Shown here: piece by piece, positions 1 through 12,089 of the stretch
Numbering within the stretch: position 1 is the first letter of the stretch
Layout: every line of letters starts with the position of its first letter
Origin: Glycera tridactyla
Lineage: Eukaryota
Assembly: GCA_965644265.1 (NCBI GenBank)
Contig: OZ286472.1
Coordinates: 9,362,001-9,426,000, forward strand
Length of the DNA stretch: 64,000 nt
Reading direction: 5' to 3'
Translations under genes and position numbers: made by a program
Notes under the pieces: model-generated
Database searches by the model: none
The model's input: only the letters and a program-made list of their open reading frames with translations
Told to the model about the DNA's origin: nothing

Positions 1-1587
1 TTGCTGTTGCTGATTGTTGTTACCACCACCAATGACATTGTACAGATCTTCTGGCTTTCTCACTATGATTCCTCTAGAGGTTGGAGTCTGAGAGAAAAAC
101 ACTTGGCCATCATTTGTCCAGCACTTACCAATCATCCTTCTTTTAAACTCTTGTCTGCACAAATAAAACAAATAGGATGCCCTCTTTGTGAGATATTCAC
201 TAATGAAAATTGGTTGTTTGGCACGTGCAAGCTGCATTCTCGACTGGTAAACCCTTTTCCTGCGGAAGGCATACACAAATTCAAGCAGGACTGGTCTTGG
301 TTTCCCAGGAGATCTCGGACCAATTCTCTTGGCATTTTCAATGTCCCCAAGTGTAATACTAGGATCAATTTTACCATGCATAAAGTCAACAACATGTTCA
401 GGGGTCATCTCATTCTGTACTTCTGGGACACCATCAATCAAGAGGAGCTTCATGTTATTATTATTTTCAATGGTGTTCAATTTGTCCTGAATGGCATTCA
501 TTTGCTCTACATTAACTGGGTTTGAGCTCATATTTGATTGTGACCTGACCTCAGTCTCAAGGGAAAGTAGCTTATCAGACACAGACTCAAACTTTGTCTC
601 CAAGGCAGGATTTGTCAGTGTTACAGTTTCTGACTTGAACTCTAAAAGTTTCTTTTCCAACTCAACAATCCTATTCATAGTACTATTGTCAGCTGATTTT
701 GAGAGTAAGTCAAGTTTGGTCTGCAATTCTGCACCTGAAACAAAATCCGACATTTTGGCATTCATTTGTGCAACACTTTCACTCAGGAATTTGATGTTCA
801 GTGACTGATCTCTCAGCTCAGAAAATTCACCCACTTCCACATTCAATGTGTCCAAGTTTTCTCGTTGAGAATGTACTTCTCTGGCCAATGACGAAATTTT
901 GCCATCCAGCTTTGATACATCGTCTGTTATGGCTGATCTAATCAGTTTCATGGTCTCATCACAGGCCATGCTTTCCAGAAACAGGGCTTTAAACTGATGT
1001 GGGTCGATTTTAACTGTTTCCATTTTCTCCATCTTATCAGTCTCTGTATCCACACCTGTTCCAGTCTCTAGAAGGTCAATGAAGGACTTACGCGGTGATA
1101 CACACGGTTGTTCCTCTATAATAGTAGTTCCCAGATGTGATATGGAATCACCAAGCTCTGCTGAAAAGTCAGGAAATACAGGTACAATACTGGGCTCCTC
1201 TCCAGTGATGAAACTTGCAAAGGATTGATGGATATGTCCACGATTGGCTGGGGTGCTTTGGGACTGTAAAAAATCTTCTTCACGAAAGTTCAATGGAGCT
1301 GCCAATCCCACTACACGCGATTCCTTTTTCGTGTTTTTACGAGGTGGCGATTGTGGAGATACTGGTGACAATGAGGTTGAGGCAACTATAGGCGAATGTT
1401 TACGTTTCTGACCACCAATGTCACTTCTACTTTCGCGGATGCAGCAATCAATTGAGTCTCTAAGCTCCACAACGGTAGACTCAGAAAAGGTAGAATCAGT
1501 TGCGGTTGATTCCGAGGACGAATCGATAAAGATGGAGTCACATTCGCTGGTCAAATTCACACCGGAGATTTCCGTGGCGTTAGACAT
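1..1587 (-). CDS. ORF1 of a non-LTR retrotransposon (L1-transposase/RRM-like nucleic-acid-binding protein); 3'-partial, runs off the window edge
   Basis: Manual minus-strand translation: no stop from 1662 to 1, first ATG at 1587 (MSNATEISGV...). Ser/Thr-rich N-terminus, then a coiled-coil-like segment (RIVELEKKLLEFK...DKLNTIE), then LLIDGVPE...DIENAKRIG...KPRPVLLEF...IFISEYLTK...WTNDGQVFF, matching the RRM+CTD pattern of invertebrate LINE ORF1 proteins. Confidence 0.9.
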   Translation of the reverse strand, partial: MSNATEISGVNLTSECDSIFIDSSSESTATDSTFSESTVVELRDSIDCCIRESRSDIGGQKRKHSPIVASTSLSPVSPQSPPRKNTKKESRVVGLAAPLNFREEDFLQSQSTPANRGHIHQSFASFITGEEPSIVPVFPDFSAELGDSISHLGTTIIEEQPCVSPRKSFIDLLETGTGVDTETDKMEKMETVKIDPHQFKALFLESMACDETMKLIRSAITDDVSKLDGKISSLAREVHSQRENLDTLNVEVGEFSELRDQSLNIKFLSESVAQMNAKMSDFVSGAELQTKLDLLSKSADNSTMNRIVELEKKLLEFKSETVTLTNPALETKFESVSDKLLSLETEVRSQSNMSSNPVNVEQMNAIQDKLNTIENNNNMKLLLIDGVPEVQNEMTPEHVVDFMHGKIDPSITLGDIENAKRIGPRSPGKPRPVLLEFVYAFRRKRVYQSRMQLARAKQPIFISEYLTKRASYLFYLCRQEFKRRMIGKCWTNDGQVFFSQTPTSRGIIVRKPEDLYNVIGGGNNNQQQQ

Positions 1588-1896
1588 GGTTGTCAAGGAC
1601 ACAGTCCGCCATCTTGGATCATTCAGTTCGAAAGTACGTTCTTCAGAATGTTCACCGCGAAATCAAATACGAACCATATGTCAGATGTGTGTCTAGGTAG
1701 TATATCCAGGATCTTCAGTTCATCATCTTCTTATTCGTGCATTTCGCCGGACATGACGAATAAAATCAAAGGTTTGGCGACCAAAACAAACAGAAGAATC
1801 ACAATCCCCCTCCCATGTCAGAGCGCGGAGGAATATGCTACTTCCGAGGGGATGCATCTGCAAATACATGTATGTCTAACCGGGATCCGCTCTGTA
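1..1896 (-). mobile_element. 5' portion (UTR + ORF1) of a LINE-type retrotransposon
   Basis: About 310 bp of non-coding sequence upstream of the ORF1 ATG ends where a MITE right half begins (~1899). The exact 5' boundary is inferred. Confidence 0.75.
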
Positions 1897-1898
1897 GG

Positions 1899-1968
1899 AT
1901 ACCTCCATGAGAGATCATCTGATGTGTAAGACCGCTATGGTGGTCTCCTCCATCACAGGTTATACTGT
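1899..1968. mobile_element. Right half of a CAGT/TA MITE, truncated at the LINE 5' end
   Basis: atacctcc...gagatca...tggtctc...atcacaggttatactgta resembles the right half of the MITE at 47946-48106; no left TIR is present. Confidence 0.55.
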
Positions 1969-2842
1969 ATATATCATTTTTGGAAAAGACCAAGAATAAT
2001 CGGTGTTTGAATGTCATACTGTGAGAAATATGCGGACATACATATATGAAGATATATTTTGGCCATGCATTTGATGATGATAGCCAAATTCAGAAATATC
2101 AACAAACATACTGGCAGATTTCACCTCGTGTCATAGTAGCATGAAATTTTGAAGAAAACCTTCTTACAAATTGCGGATGCTTAATAATCCATGATTCCCT
2201 TGTATATCATGATTATCTTTGTGCAGAAGCAGAAGTAAGATCTGAGTGAGCTGATGCGAGGATTGGAGGGTCTTGGGGACAGAGAGATGCGAGATGCGAG
2301 CGGCTGACAGTGAATAGGGCCATGTCTCACTTGCTAACTACCACATAAGTTGATTCCATGAAGGAATAATAGTAATCCAACATAGCTGCCTGACATCCAC
2401 CTGTACTTAATGCTCATTTCTTCCTTCTTTGCTGCACAGTTTATAGCTATGTCTACCTCCCTTACAGAAGAGTTATCATAATGAGACAGGAGAAATGTCC
2501 GGATAAATAAGAAAATAAGTGGTCCATTTCACCAAAATGTCCACAAGGAACTAAAGTCCACATTCTCAATTGTGATGGTTTTCTTTGCAAGCATGAATAA
2601 GTAAATTGTATTCAGAACTTTTGAATTATAGTGAAATTGCCACATGATTTAATTCCTGATTCATGGTATTTGTGTGGATACCCAGAATGCTCTGCCAGGA
2701 AGCATAACAAAGGAATAATCCCAGGCTAGGCCATACCTTGTGACTGGAATATTCAAGGTTCATTCCACATTCAAGCATGCAGAGGGATGGTCAGATTCTC
2801 AGCTTTTCTACACTGAGAACACCAACTCAATGCAGTAGCTAA

Positions 2843-2883
2843 TTGCTGATAGAAGAATCTGAATGGGTTCTGAAAGCTCTGAC
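2843..2883 (+). ncRNA. Degenerate minimal hammerhead-like motif (PLE terminal repeat)
   Basis: CTGATAG-A-AGAATC-tgaatg-GGTTCT-GAAA-GCTC. Same family as 44056 (shared flanks ccaactca..cagtagc and tgactttcc); core positions 8-9 are altered. Confidence 0.45.
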
Positions 2884-3157
2884 TTTCCAATCCCTTGAGA
2901 TTAATGTGAAATTTGATCATTCAAGATGGGGGCAGACTAGTTCAATGAATGAAAACATTTGCAGAATGAAACCTTAAGTCATGATACATCGTCGAATATA
3001 CAGATCTTATCGTCATGAATGATTAAATATCTCGATACACTGATACACTATTGGAATGTACAAATCACATAACCAGAAATCAATTGATGTTTTTCTAATG
3101 GATTCGAACCTATCCAATTAGGAACAATTCACAGTACTCGCAGTAAGCTTAGATAAT

Positions 3158-3420
3158 TGAAAGCTTTCAAGATTCCTCTGAACCCTTTCTTCAGCCCTTG
3201 GTGAATGCCATCATTGAGAAGTTCTGATGGCATTGGGGTCACGTGACAGGATCTCCCAGTAGCAGGTTGGAAGGGTGTGTCGGCCCCAGTCTTGATTGAG
3301 GGTTGGCTGGCGTTGGGTGATGTGAACGGCTTCTTCTACAGCTCTTCGGAAACAATCCTGTTCCTGGTGAAGGATGGTGATATTTTCCTCGGGGAAGACA
3401 TGTTTCTCGGAGCTATATTT
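3158..3420 (-). mobile_element. Penelope-like element 3' fragment: GIY-YIG endonuclease C-terminus plus hammerhead-like terminal motif
   Basis: ORF 3211-3432 contains HVFPEENITILHQEQDCFRRAVEEAVHITQRQPTLNQDWGRHTLP, matching the PLE C-terminal pattern IL..E..WF.R.+KEA+.I....P.LN.D.GR..L. It is followed by CTGAAGA-A-AGGGTTC-agag-GAATCTT-GAAA-GCTT (3194-3161). Confidence 0.8.
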
Positions 3421-3535
3421 CCAGCATGGCACCGAACAACCAGCCAGTGAGGGGGCAAGCAGTCTGATGCATGCACTGAGCTACCCAAAGCGTCATGAAA
3501 ATATAGCAGATATGACCTAGGAGCACAGGACACTG
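3415..3535 (-). repeat. Unclassified interspersed repeat (copies also at 19484-19602 + and ~35300-35400 -)
   Basis: Shared motifs tgtgctcct(g/a)g and ggtgccatgctgga.at..tagct.c. Confidence 0.5.
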
Positions 3536-5610
3536 GCCATTGTTATGCCTTGAGCAACTCAGTCAATCACCATATCAGGTCCAAACTATGCCTGACACAA
3601 CCCCATTGCATTCGCCCCACATTACACCCACCAACACTGGATCCTGAATTCGGCCAAAGATATTCTGTTATCGGAGCTCTAAAATCATTCAGATCTCAGC
3701 AAAATACACACCTTATCATAGCAGCTGTATCTTTGATCAATACACAATATATATCGGTGAGGTTTTTACCTCAGATTTCATGAAGACTGAGGGGGAAAAT
3801 CTTGATGATGGAATGCCCTCCATTACCGTTCCGACATGATGGTTTCGGCAGACTGGACATCACACAGGCTGACACTACTAAATGAAGTCCACCGGATGGA
3901 ATAAAAAGGACATTGTGACTGACATGGGGTCAATCCTTATTTGAGGTGGGTTGTCATTATGAGAGCCTTGCATGCCTGGCAACAGCTGTCGAAAAGACAC
4001 CGACGACGACCCTCTTTTTCACGGAGAACTTTATGTCTGCAGAAGGACCCACTGTTCTACCTTTGTCTAACCAATCTAGTCGGTTACACTTCCCTTGTAC
4101 CAATTGACCCCACTGCCTGCAATTTTGCTTTTCTGCATTTTGTACGGCACTACGATGCAATTCACTCAATAGTCTTCCAATAGCAGCTTGATCCATTTTA
4201 TAATTTCGATCGTGGTAATGCAGAATATGTGTCAGTCTCCTGATAAGGGAGACACATATAAGGCAGAGATGGTTGTAGGTACAATTGCAATGAATGGGTG
4301 GACTCACATTTGAAGTGGCATATCTGAAAGTCGGGCAGAGTGACAACTTCTGAACAAAATGGCCGTCTCAAACCGGGGTGGTTCACACTCTTCATTTTGC
4401 AAAGTCCCATCATCAACAAAAGAAATTTGGGCAAACCTAGGATGCATTTGAATCAATGTCAACACTTTGCCTGGAGCACACCAGAACATGAAAATTTTGC
4501 ATGAAAATTTGGCTGTGGTGACATCACAGAAGGCTGCCCTGTTGAATAAGAGGGCAGGAGATACAATCAAAGACCATAGTGAAATGCAATGATTAGATGG
4601 TTAACATGAACCTGGGAACTATCCTGAGGTCACCCTGACATGGACAGTTGATCACAGTATCCACATCAACTATAGAGAAAGTTCCATGATGGGATGAACG
4701 TCCAGAATCGTATGGTATCGCTCATAGTTCATGGAATAACCTTTCTTGCAGTAAGATTCTCATCAAGGGAAAATAATTTTGATACACAGATGTAATACCC
4801 AGGGTTCAGCTAATGCAGAGAATGGAAATCGTACAAGCACCAAATGCAAGCTCTTGCTGAGAATCATCATGAAAATATATTGTGCAATGTTCTTGGAAGC
4901 AGAACCGTGTAGAATGTATTTTTTGTCCTTCCTGCAGCCACCAGATGGCGAGCTTCCCATCATAAAGTAAGTTGGCTGCCACAAGAGCAGCAAACGCTTT
5001 ACCAATTCCTCATCCCAGTTTCCATTTTTCGCAACGATATCATTTGATTACTGCCCTGATTTTGCTCAATAACTTTGTGCATAAAATCAAACTCACATGT
5101 ATCACTTTTTCAATCTCTTGAGATCACCAACTTGTCTCATGATGATGAAATGGTGTAGGTGATGTGAATACACCCGCGTAATTTTTGTCAATCCGATGAT
5201 GAAATTGTTGAGCTTGTAATTAGATATGCGCGGCTGTATACCATTTGACATTCAGTTGGGTCCCACTCCTTAGATGAGGGCGAAAGTGGATGGTGTGGAA
5301 CCCGCCAAGATATTCTGTCCATTTGACAGAACATGCCATCTGACATAATTGATTGGCAAATGTCATTAGTGACAGACAATGACTACCAATTACCTACCTA
5401 CATTTATTTTCTCGGACCTTACTCAAATATGTATGATATAGCTGCCATATTCCATGGACTTACTTACAGGCGCAAACCTAGATGCCACCAGTGTGCTTCA
5501 AGAAATACTATAATATCATTTTGAAGGTTAACAGCTTGTATTTGATTTTGATTTGATTCTTTATTTCAATTCGTCATATTACATAAATACATATGCACAT
5601 AACAGATGCT

Positions 5611-5769
5611 CCCAGAGGATTGTGTATGCAGTGTCGTCTTAGTCTATGAAAATTAAGATTGGATGCTTTCTCCCCAGCAGGCAACACTCTCACAAACCCT
5701 AAACAAAGATGTTGGGTAACCAGACTGGCCATCAAATAGAGGTAACTGACAGTCTGGACACACCTCTAC
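5611..5769 (-). mobile_element. SINE-like/retroposon family A, diverged copy
   Basis: aggattgtgtatgc...cagcaggcaacactctcacaaaccctaaac...gtaactgacagtctggacacacctctac matches the copies at 18809, 43509 and 60819. Confidence 0.65.
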
Positions 5770-6613
5770 TTCACAAACATGAACATGATGTACCTAGAGA
5801 TGGGATATCCAACTTTGTAACCCCCTGGAACCTGACATTCAAACCTAAACAATCCAGAACTGAAAACAACTTCATGTGATTACAAAATGGTGAAAATACA
5901 TCCAAATGTCCCATAGAACCAGGATATATCATTAGGCTCAAGGCCAGCTATAAGCTTGGATCATGTTATTACTATTATCTGCAACTAGGGATCGGGTGTC
6001 AATGTATGTACTAATTTCAGGACAATAACTTTGACATGATGAACTTAAAAATGATGAATATGCAACCCCAGGAAATTAATATGGCAAGAAAGACAGTAAT
6101 TTTACTAGAGTCAAAACCTATGAACATCCCTGGATGATGAGTATTTCTCTTCATTTTCATGCTGATATATAAACATTTTTTATCAAGCAGTAGATGTCTA
6201 GATTCCATGAATGTAAACAAAGGATTTACAGAGAAAGACAAAGTTGAAAGCCAGATCGATTCTCGTAACTCCTGTTTCAAGTGACTCACTGAATGTATTC
6301 TGAGTGCATCTGCCATCACCACCCACCTAGTCCCACTCACTGCAAAGAAAGTTCGAGAATGTATTATTTCAGAATGGATGGTTAGTTTCCAGCTGATCTG
6401 GCAATACACGCAAGGGAAAGGAAGGCATTCTCACCCTCACAAACATATCATTTGACCATGTGATCACAGGGGGTCAATATTGGGTCAATCTTCGTGAGCT
6501 AGTTTTATAAGTGTGAACATGATGTCAATCAAAGTAAGTAAGTTTGTCCAACAAATGTGCCCCCATGAGACTACTGAGTACATAGGCATGGTTCTCTACT
6601 GAAGACATTCCTG

Positions 6614-7165
6614 TAGTCTGGTAGAATCAGCTCATTTTGAGGGTGAACCGGGAAAAAAATATTATAAAGCTGAAACTTTCAGCACTTACTAAGAACCTCA
6701 TGCTTGATAACATATTAAGAATCCGCTGGAATCCCCTTGCGGGAAAAAAAGTTATGAGCTGAATTGTTAGATTAGGTCAAGTGCTGAGAGACAAATATGC
6801 CAGTTTGGGAATTTCATGCACAGAATCATTTTGAAGGACTCAGAAGGACTCATCCTGGATTATTCTGGTTAATAAATTATTACTATTGATGTTTCAGCAA
6901 TAATCAACACTCCAAGTTTGGGTTTGTGCTGAAGATTGAGTATATTTAACCAAATATCGGTGAAAATTCACTTTCAATTCGAAAGTAGCTTGGAGTTCAA
7001 TGGTTCCTCATTCACAGGATATTGTAGTTAGAGCTACCAAAATTGGCCAAAATCTACCTTATCAAGTCCTCTAAATGGAACATTCTTCAAATTGCTAAAA
7101 GAATAGACTGTGTGCGATATATGGGATTCTCAATGGCCTGATGTCACCCCTACCCCCATAATAGC
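6614..7165 (+). repeat. Left terminal inverted repeat (~550 bp, imperfect)
   Basis: Blocks that recur as reverse complements at the right end: gaaccgggaaaaaaatattataaagctgaaa, ttatgagct, gttcctcattcaca...tagag..accaaa.ttgg, cacccctacccca. Confidence 0.85.
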
Positions 7166-7613
7166 CATTCTGGCGCATTTCATGAAAATGTCCTATCCCA
7201 AAAGTTTTTTGGCATGATAAGTAATTATTTGTTAGGACACATTGATATTCAACTCCAGAAGATTGATTGGCAGCAGGATTGTGAGATTTGAAGTTGGTTT
7301 CATCATTTGTCACTTATTCTGAGCAAAGTCCAACCAGGTTAGTTGCTATATTCTTGTGAGCCACATGAAATGGTCATGACAATGCTTGCCACAACATTCA
7401 ACAGTATGCAAACAATCCTTGAGATTCCAAGGAATTCTGTAGTATTTTCTGTTAGTGAGGTTTGTAAAATAACAATATACTTATTCTCAAAATCTTGGTG
7501 AAATGTGAAAACATCAAATAGTACCTGAAACCTGGAATGATGTGAATATTCCATACTCATCAGCTTCATTGATTTTAGTTTTCGAAAGGACATTTCAACA
7601 GTAGAGAACTTTT

Positions 7614-10600
7614 TTGTTTCAGTTGAATAGTGAGCTGCACACTTTACAAAGTACATTGTATAGAGGATTGGCTACAGAGAAAGAAAAACAAGAGCTTCCA
7701 ATCAGGGCAGATGTGTGTGTGATTTGTTTTGACGAATTTGACATGCAATGTGAGAAGGGTGGCAAAATACTTATGACACAGAAAGGCTTAGAAACATTAA
7801 TTGAATACAGGGATTTGTGGAGGAATAAAAGCCTGAAATCAAATCTTGAAAATTGTATCTGCAATCAGCCATAGACAAGTGTTGATTTCCATACGAATTG
7901 CAGGAAGAGATACACTGACCAAAGACAACAGCCAGATCCATCAGAAGATGAGAATGTATCTGGCCCAGCTGCATCCAAACAATTTAAGCTATGTTCAGTA
8001 AAAGATGATTTTGAATTGGGTCGTGACTGTTTCCTTGGTGCAGATGATGTGAAAGAAAATGATCATCAAGATCACACCAAGATCAAACATTTATCATTCA
8101 TAGAATTCCAAAAGACTCTTCTAATAACTTGCAGTCAGAGGAATGACACTTGGGACTCTGAAGTGAAAAGTAAACTACTGCACTACAAGTCCTTGACTTG
8201 CCCATAGCTGATGCTGTATACTATACCAAAAGTTATACTAAATTTCAATCAGGCTGGGATAGGAAGCAGTACGGATCACAAGAGCCATGTGGACGTCCTA
8301 TTGACAATAGAAAGACATATGCATTCAATCTATTGTGTGACTGGCTTGAGAGTGGGGTGGGGAGCTGTATACATTTAATGAGCTTTCTACACAGACAGTT
8401 GTACTTGCAGGCTTCGGTACAGAGGTCTATGCAGTCAACACTTTGAAAAAAAACTGATGAAAAAAATAAAGAGAACATATTTTCCCATAGAATATGGGAC
8501 GGAAAGATGTCATCTGCATCTGTGATATGGCCAGGTACCTTATATCAGATCTGATACCTTGAGTCGAGAAAAGTACACTAGTACAGAAGAACAGGTTCAT
8601 GGCATCGTACCAGCTGCAGCAGACGTAATCAGGTCACAAACCCTAGACAAGGCCTATTAGCTCATATGCATCTACAGAAGAAATGGGGAGTCCTGATCTT
8701 GCTAATGAGTGGTTCCCGCAGTCCCGCAACTGTTACTCATTGAACTAGTGAACAAGCGCTCACTTCCTTGTTGTGAGTGCATTGACTCTTCAAACTCATG
8801 TAAGGAATCATTCCTTCATCTGCCCCAGTTGTTGATAATGGCCATGTTGTTGAGCAGTTTGAGAGTGGCAGTGACATTCAGCCTTCAGAGAATAATCTGG
8901 CTCCTTTTCTAGTCCGGGAGCAGACATGTCTGTTGATTCAAAAGATTACATGAGGATCAATGAGGATGGCATACCTGACATTTTCCATCAGAATATCACG
9001 ATGATGTATTGTAATACACTTTTGGTAATGGTCATTGACTGACATCCGATGATGTGACATAACTTTGTGAACTGTTCTTCCATGCTGGGTTTGACCATGG
9101 TAGGAAATTGCTGTGATCTCAACTGGGTGCACTCCTTCTCCATCAGCAGGAGTGGGGTGGCAAATGCGTGGTTGTCCCCGTGAATCATTTTTGGGTGTGT
9201 ACATGTTACATGTAGTAGCCACAACAATCATGTTCAATCCTGAGATCAAGTACTGTGTGGATTCATATCCAAAAGTATGAAAAATTATGCATCTCTAACA
9301 AATTCCTCACAAATCTCCACCCAGCTGGCTGTCCTCGGACCATTGGGCCTCAGACAGTACTGTGCGCCAGATGTGGTCATGCCAACCTAGTACTGGCTTC
9401 TGTGGTCAATCATCAAGTTCAAACAAGCAACTGAACAAAGTATGACCCCTGATTAGATATCAAAGAATGTGACATTATTGAAGTTTGAGAGAGTATTAGA
9501 GAGATATAAGGATAAACTCTCTGCTGAATCTAGGACTTCAGACTGTGGGTGCAGTCCATGTCATACATCGGAACCATAAAGATAATCATTAGAGCTGAGT
9601 GAGTGGGTGACTGGCACCTGTATCTTATGGCCATGAGTTGGATATTGAATTTGTTTACTGCCTCTGGCCATAGGAAGTATGCTAAGAGTTCTAAATTGTA
9701 TCTACAAATGATGCTTGACCTGCCACATATTCATCCATGGTTGTACATGATGTTCATTCACCATGGGTATCACACAGTCCACAGATCCAGTCATGCCAGT
9801 TGTCCCTTGGAGTGAACTGGTTATTGCAATTATTAAGTCCTAATAAAATCATCGAAAAGCTGTAGGGTTGGACTCATGGGAGGGGTATGAGCAGAACCGA
9901 CCATCAAACATGGATTCATAGCATGCATGACTGTGCAGCTGTTGACCAGTCCATGACAATCTTAATAGGACAGAACCATGTGACGAATGACGAACAGACT
10001 GAGCTTGAAACTTTACGGGGTCAGCAGGATATCCATGATCTAGTGAAGATCACTGATTGGTTTGACACATACAAGCCATTTGACTTTTGATGAAATATTG
10101 GAACAGTATAATGATTATGTGCTTGCTGAATATGGTTGTTGTTCCGTGATTGTTTTTGGTGGTCGAACAACAGAAGATCATGAATGACTGCGTTGTTCAA
10201 CAAAATCCTCTGCCAACATAAATTTTGAGCCATTCATGAAACTAGTTGTCAATTGGCAGACATTTTCTCGAATGAACATGGCAAGAGTCATTTCATCTAA
10301 TTCTTGAAATCCTACTTGGTGGATGCTGGTTTGAGAGTGAAGCAGGCAGTTGAAGATGCAGATACTTTGATTCGCTTCTGAACAAGAGGTAGTGACTGTG
10401 ATTTGTGATGACACTGACATTCTAGTTTTGCTAGTGCACCATTTTGAGTTTGAAATGTCAGATATAAACATGCGTTCTGATTCCAAAAGAGGGCAAAATG
10501 AGGGACTGAAGTCATACTCTATTCAAGACATGCAAATAAGTTTTGGTCCTGATGTTATTCCTTATGTCCTCTCTATTCATGCATGGAGTGGATGTTACAC

Positions 10601-10800
10601 ATCTGCGGTTTTCAATGAGGGGAATACATAAGATATTAGGGTCAATCCATATGAAGGAATTACTCACAACTGTTGGTTTACAGACAGCAACAGCAAAAGT
10701 TATTGGAGAATGACAATGTCTCCTTTTGATATGGGGGAGCCCTGATGGGTGCTTCAATCACCTTAGGTATGCTTTCTACATGAAAATGGCCTCCACGCTG
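7614..10800 (+). pseudogene. Decayed Academ-type transposase (frameshifts, stops, large deletions)
   Basis: Fragments in order: CVICFD..KGLETLIEY; FHTNCRKRYT; RNDTWDSEVK; ADAVYY; GRPIDNRKTYAFNLLCDWLE; GDWHLYL..NLFTASGHRKYAKSSKLYLQMM; WIHSMHDCAAV; QAVEDADTLI; DDTDILVLL; IHAWSGC-YTSAVFNEG (XPG/H3TH-like); LRYAFYMKM. Confidence 0.8.
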
Positions 10801-11559
10801 TATCATAATGTGGAGAATGAAATGGGGTTTCACGTCAAAATGAGCAACCAGCAATTGATTATGGAAGTGATAAATATGATTATGTTAACAATGAAAGATT
10901 TAGAAGAGCTAATGCATGACATGTGTTGAAGTTAATGTGAGAAGATGACTGATCATCCATCGACTGCTCAACATTTTGACTGGTTTGGGAGAATTGTGTA
11001 AAAGAAATTACAATTGTAATGATTTGTGATGAAGTACCAAATGTGAATGTAGTTTGTGTTTTTGCAATGATGAGGATTGTTTGAAAGAGAATGACCACAA
11101 GAATCATGTTCATGAATATCTATGATAAAACTAACAGCATCCAGACATATTGAGTGCAAAATGTTAGCATTGTTCTGATACATCATTCTAATCTCTAAAG
11201 AAAGTAATGATTTTGAGAACCATTCACATCCGTAGAATATTTTTCTGTGTGATGTATTATTAACAATTCCATATATTTTATCAGTACTGCAGCTGTTTGA
11301 ACTATTGCATGACTGTCAGTCTTTTCTACAATAGAAGTGTCACCTTATACATAATATTGCCTGGATTGGAGGCTCCAAAATCGAGAAATATTTGGTTGGA
11401 TATTCAAGAATTATATTATTGTGAATCACTCAATGAATCATATATAGTGATGATTCTAATTCAATCTCATACTCAAAGACTATAATATGCATAAATATGA
11501 ACTTTCTGTCATGCTGATATTTGAAGATATTGGTCATTGGATCCGATGCTACAAAATAC

Positions 11560-12089
11560 CCAATATTGGGGTAGGGGTAACTTTGGCTAGCTTTTAGCCC
11601 CCTGGGCATCATGCAGTGTAATCACATACAAATATGAGAATTGTTCTTGATACAAGACATGATGAGGAATCATTTGACCAAGTTTGGTGACTCTAGTTAC
11701 AAAATTGTGTGAATGAGGAACTTTCAAACTTTGACCGGCATTTGAAACAAAAGGGAATTTTGCCGAAATGGGGCCAAGTAAGGCCATTTAATACAGCTAA
11801 CTGCTATTTGGAGTGACCAATCATGCTGAAATATTGATAGCAACAATTGTGTGATCAGAATAAACAAAAGTATATGATGTATGAGTACTTTGGACTGAAT
11901 TAATCCATAAAATGATGAAATTGTCATATTCAGTCATTGACGCTCAACTCAGAAAAATGTACAAGCTCATAATTTTTTTTCCCAGGAGGGGATTTCAGGG
12001 GATTTTGAGTATGTTGTTGGGCATGACATTCTGAAATTTTCAGCTTTATAATATTTTTTTCCCGGTTCAACCCTAATTCTACCAGACTA
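11560..12089 (-). repeat. Right terminal inverted repeat of the Academ-type element
   Basis: Reverse complement of 6614-7165, block by block. Confidence 0.85.

Larger units (their letters stand above)
6614..12089 (+). mobile_element. Academ-superfamily (AcademX-type) DNA transposon relic, internally deleted
   Basis: Termini TAGTCTGGTAGAAT (6614) and ATTCTACCAGACTA (12089); long imperfect TIRs; interior holds fragments of a large transposase with an XPG/FEN1-like domain. Confidence 0.8.

Noticed and set aside
1-808. Plus-strand ORFs 1-525 and 491-808
   Set aside because: Antisense shadows of the real minus-strand LINE ORF1.
3957-4346. 129-aa minus ORF (MDQAAIGRLLSELH...)
   Set aside because: Looks protein-like but matches no family I recognise and has no convincing splice context; needs BLASTx.
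5541-5600. ttgattttgatttgattctttatttc, a possible CR1/L2-type 3' tail on minus
   Set aside because: Too short; no associated coding remnant.
6017-6409. 130-aa minus ORF
   Set aside because: No recognisable motif; composition fits random AT-rich sequence.
8938-9249. Minus ORF inside the Academ element with YHGQTQHGR...HRMSVN, faintly GIY-YIG-like
   Set aside because: Only a few residues match; cannot separate a nested PLE remnant from chance.
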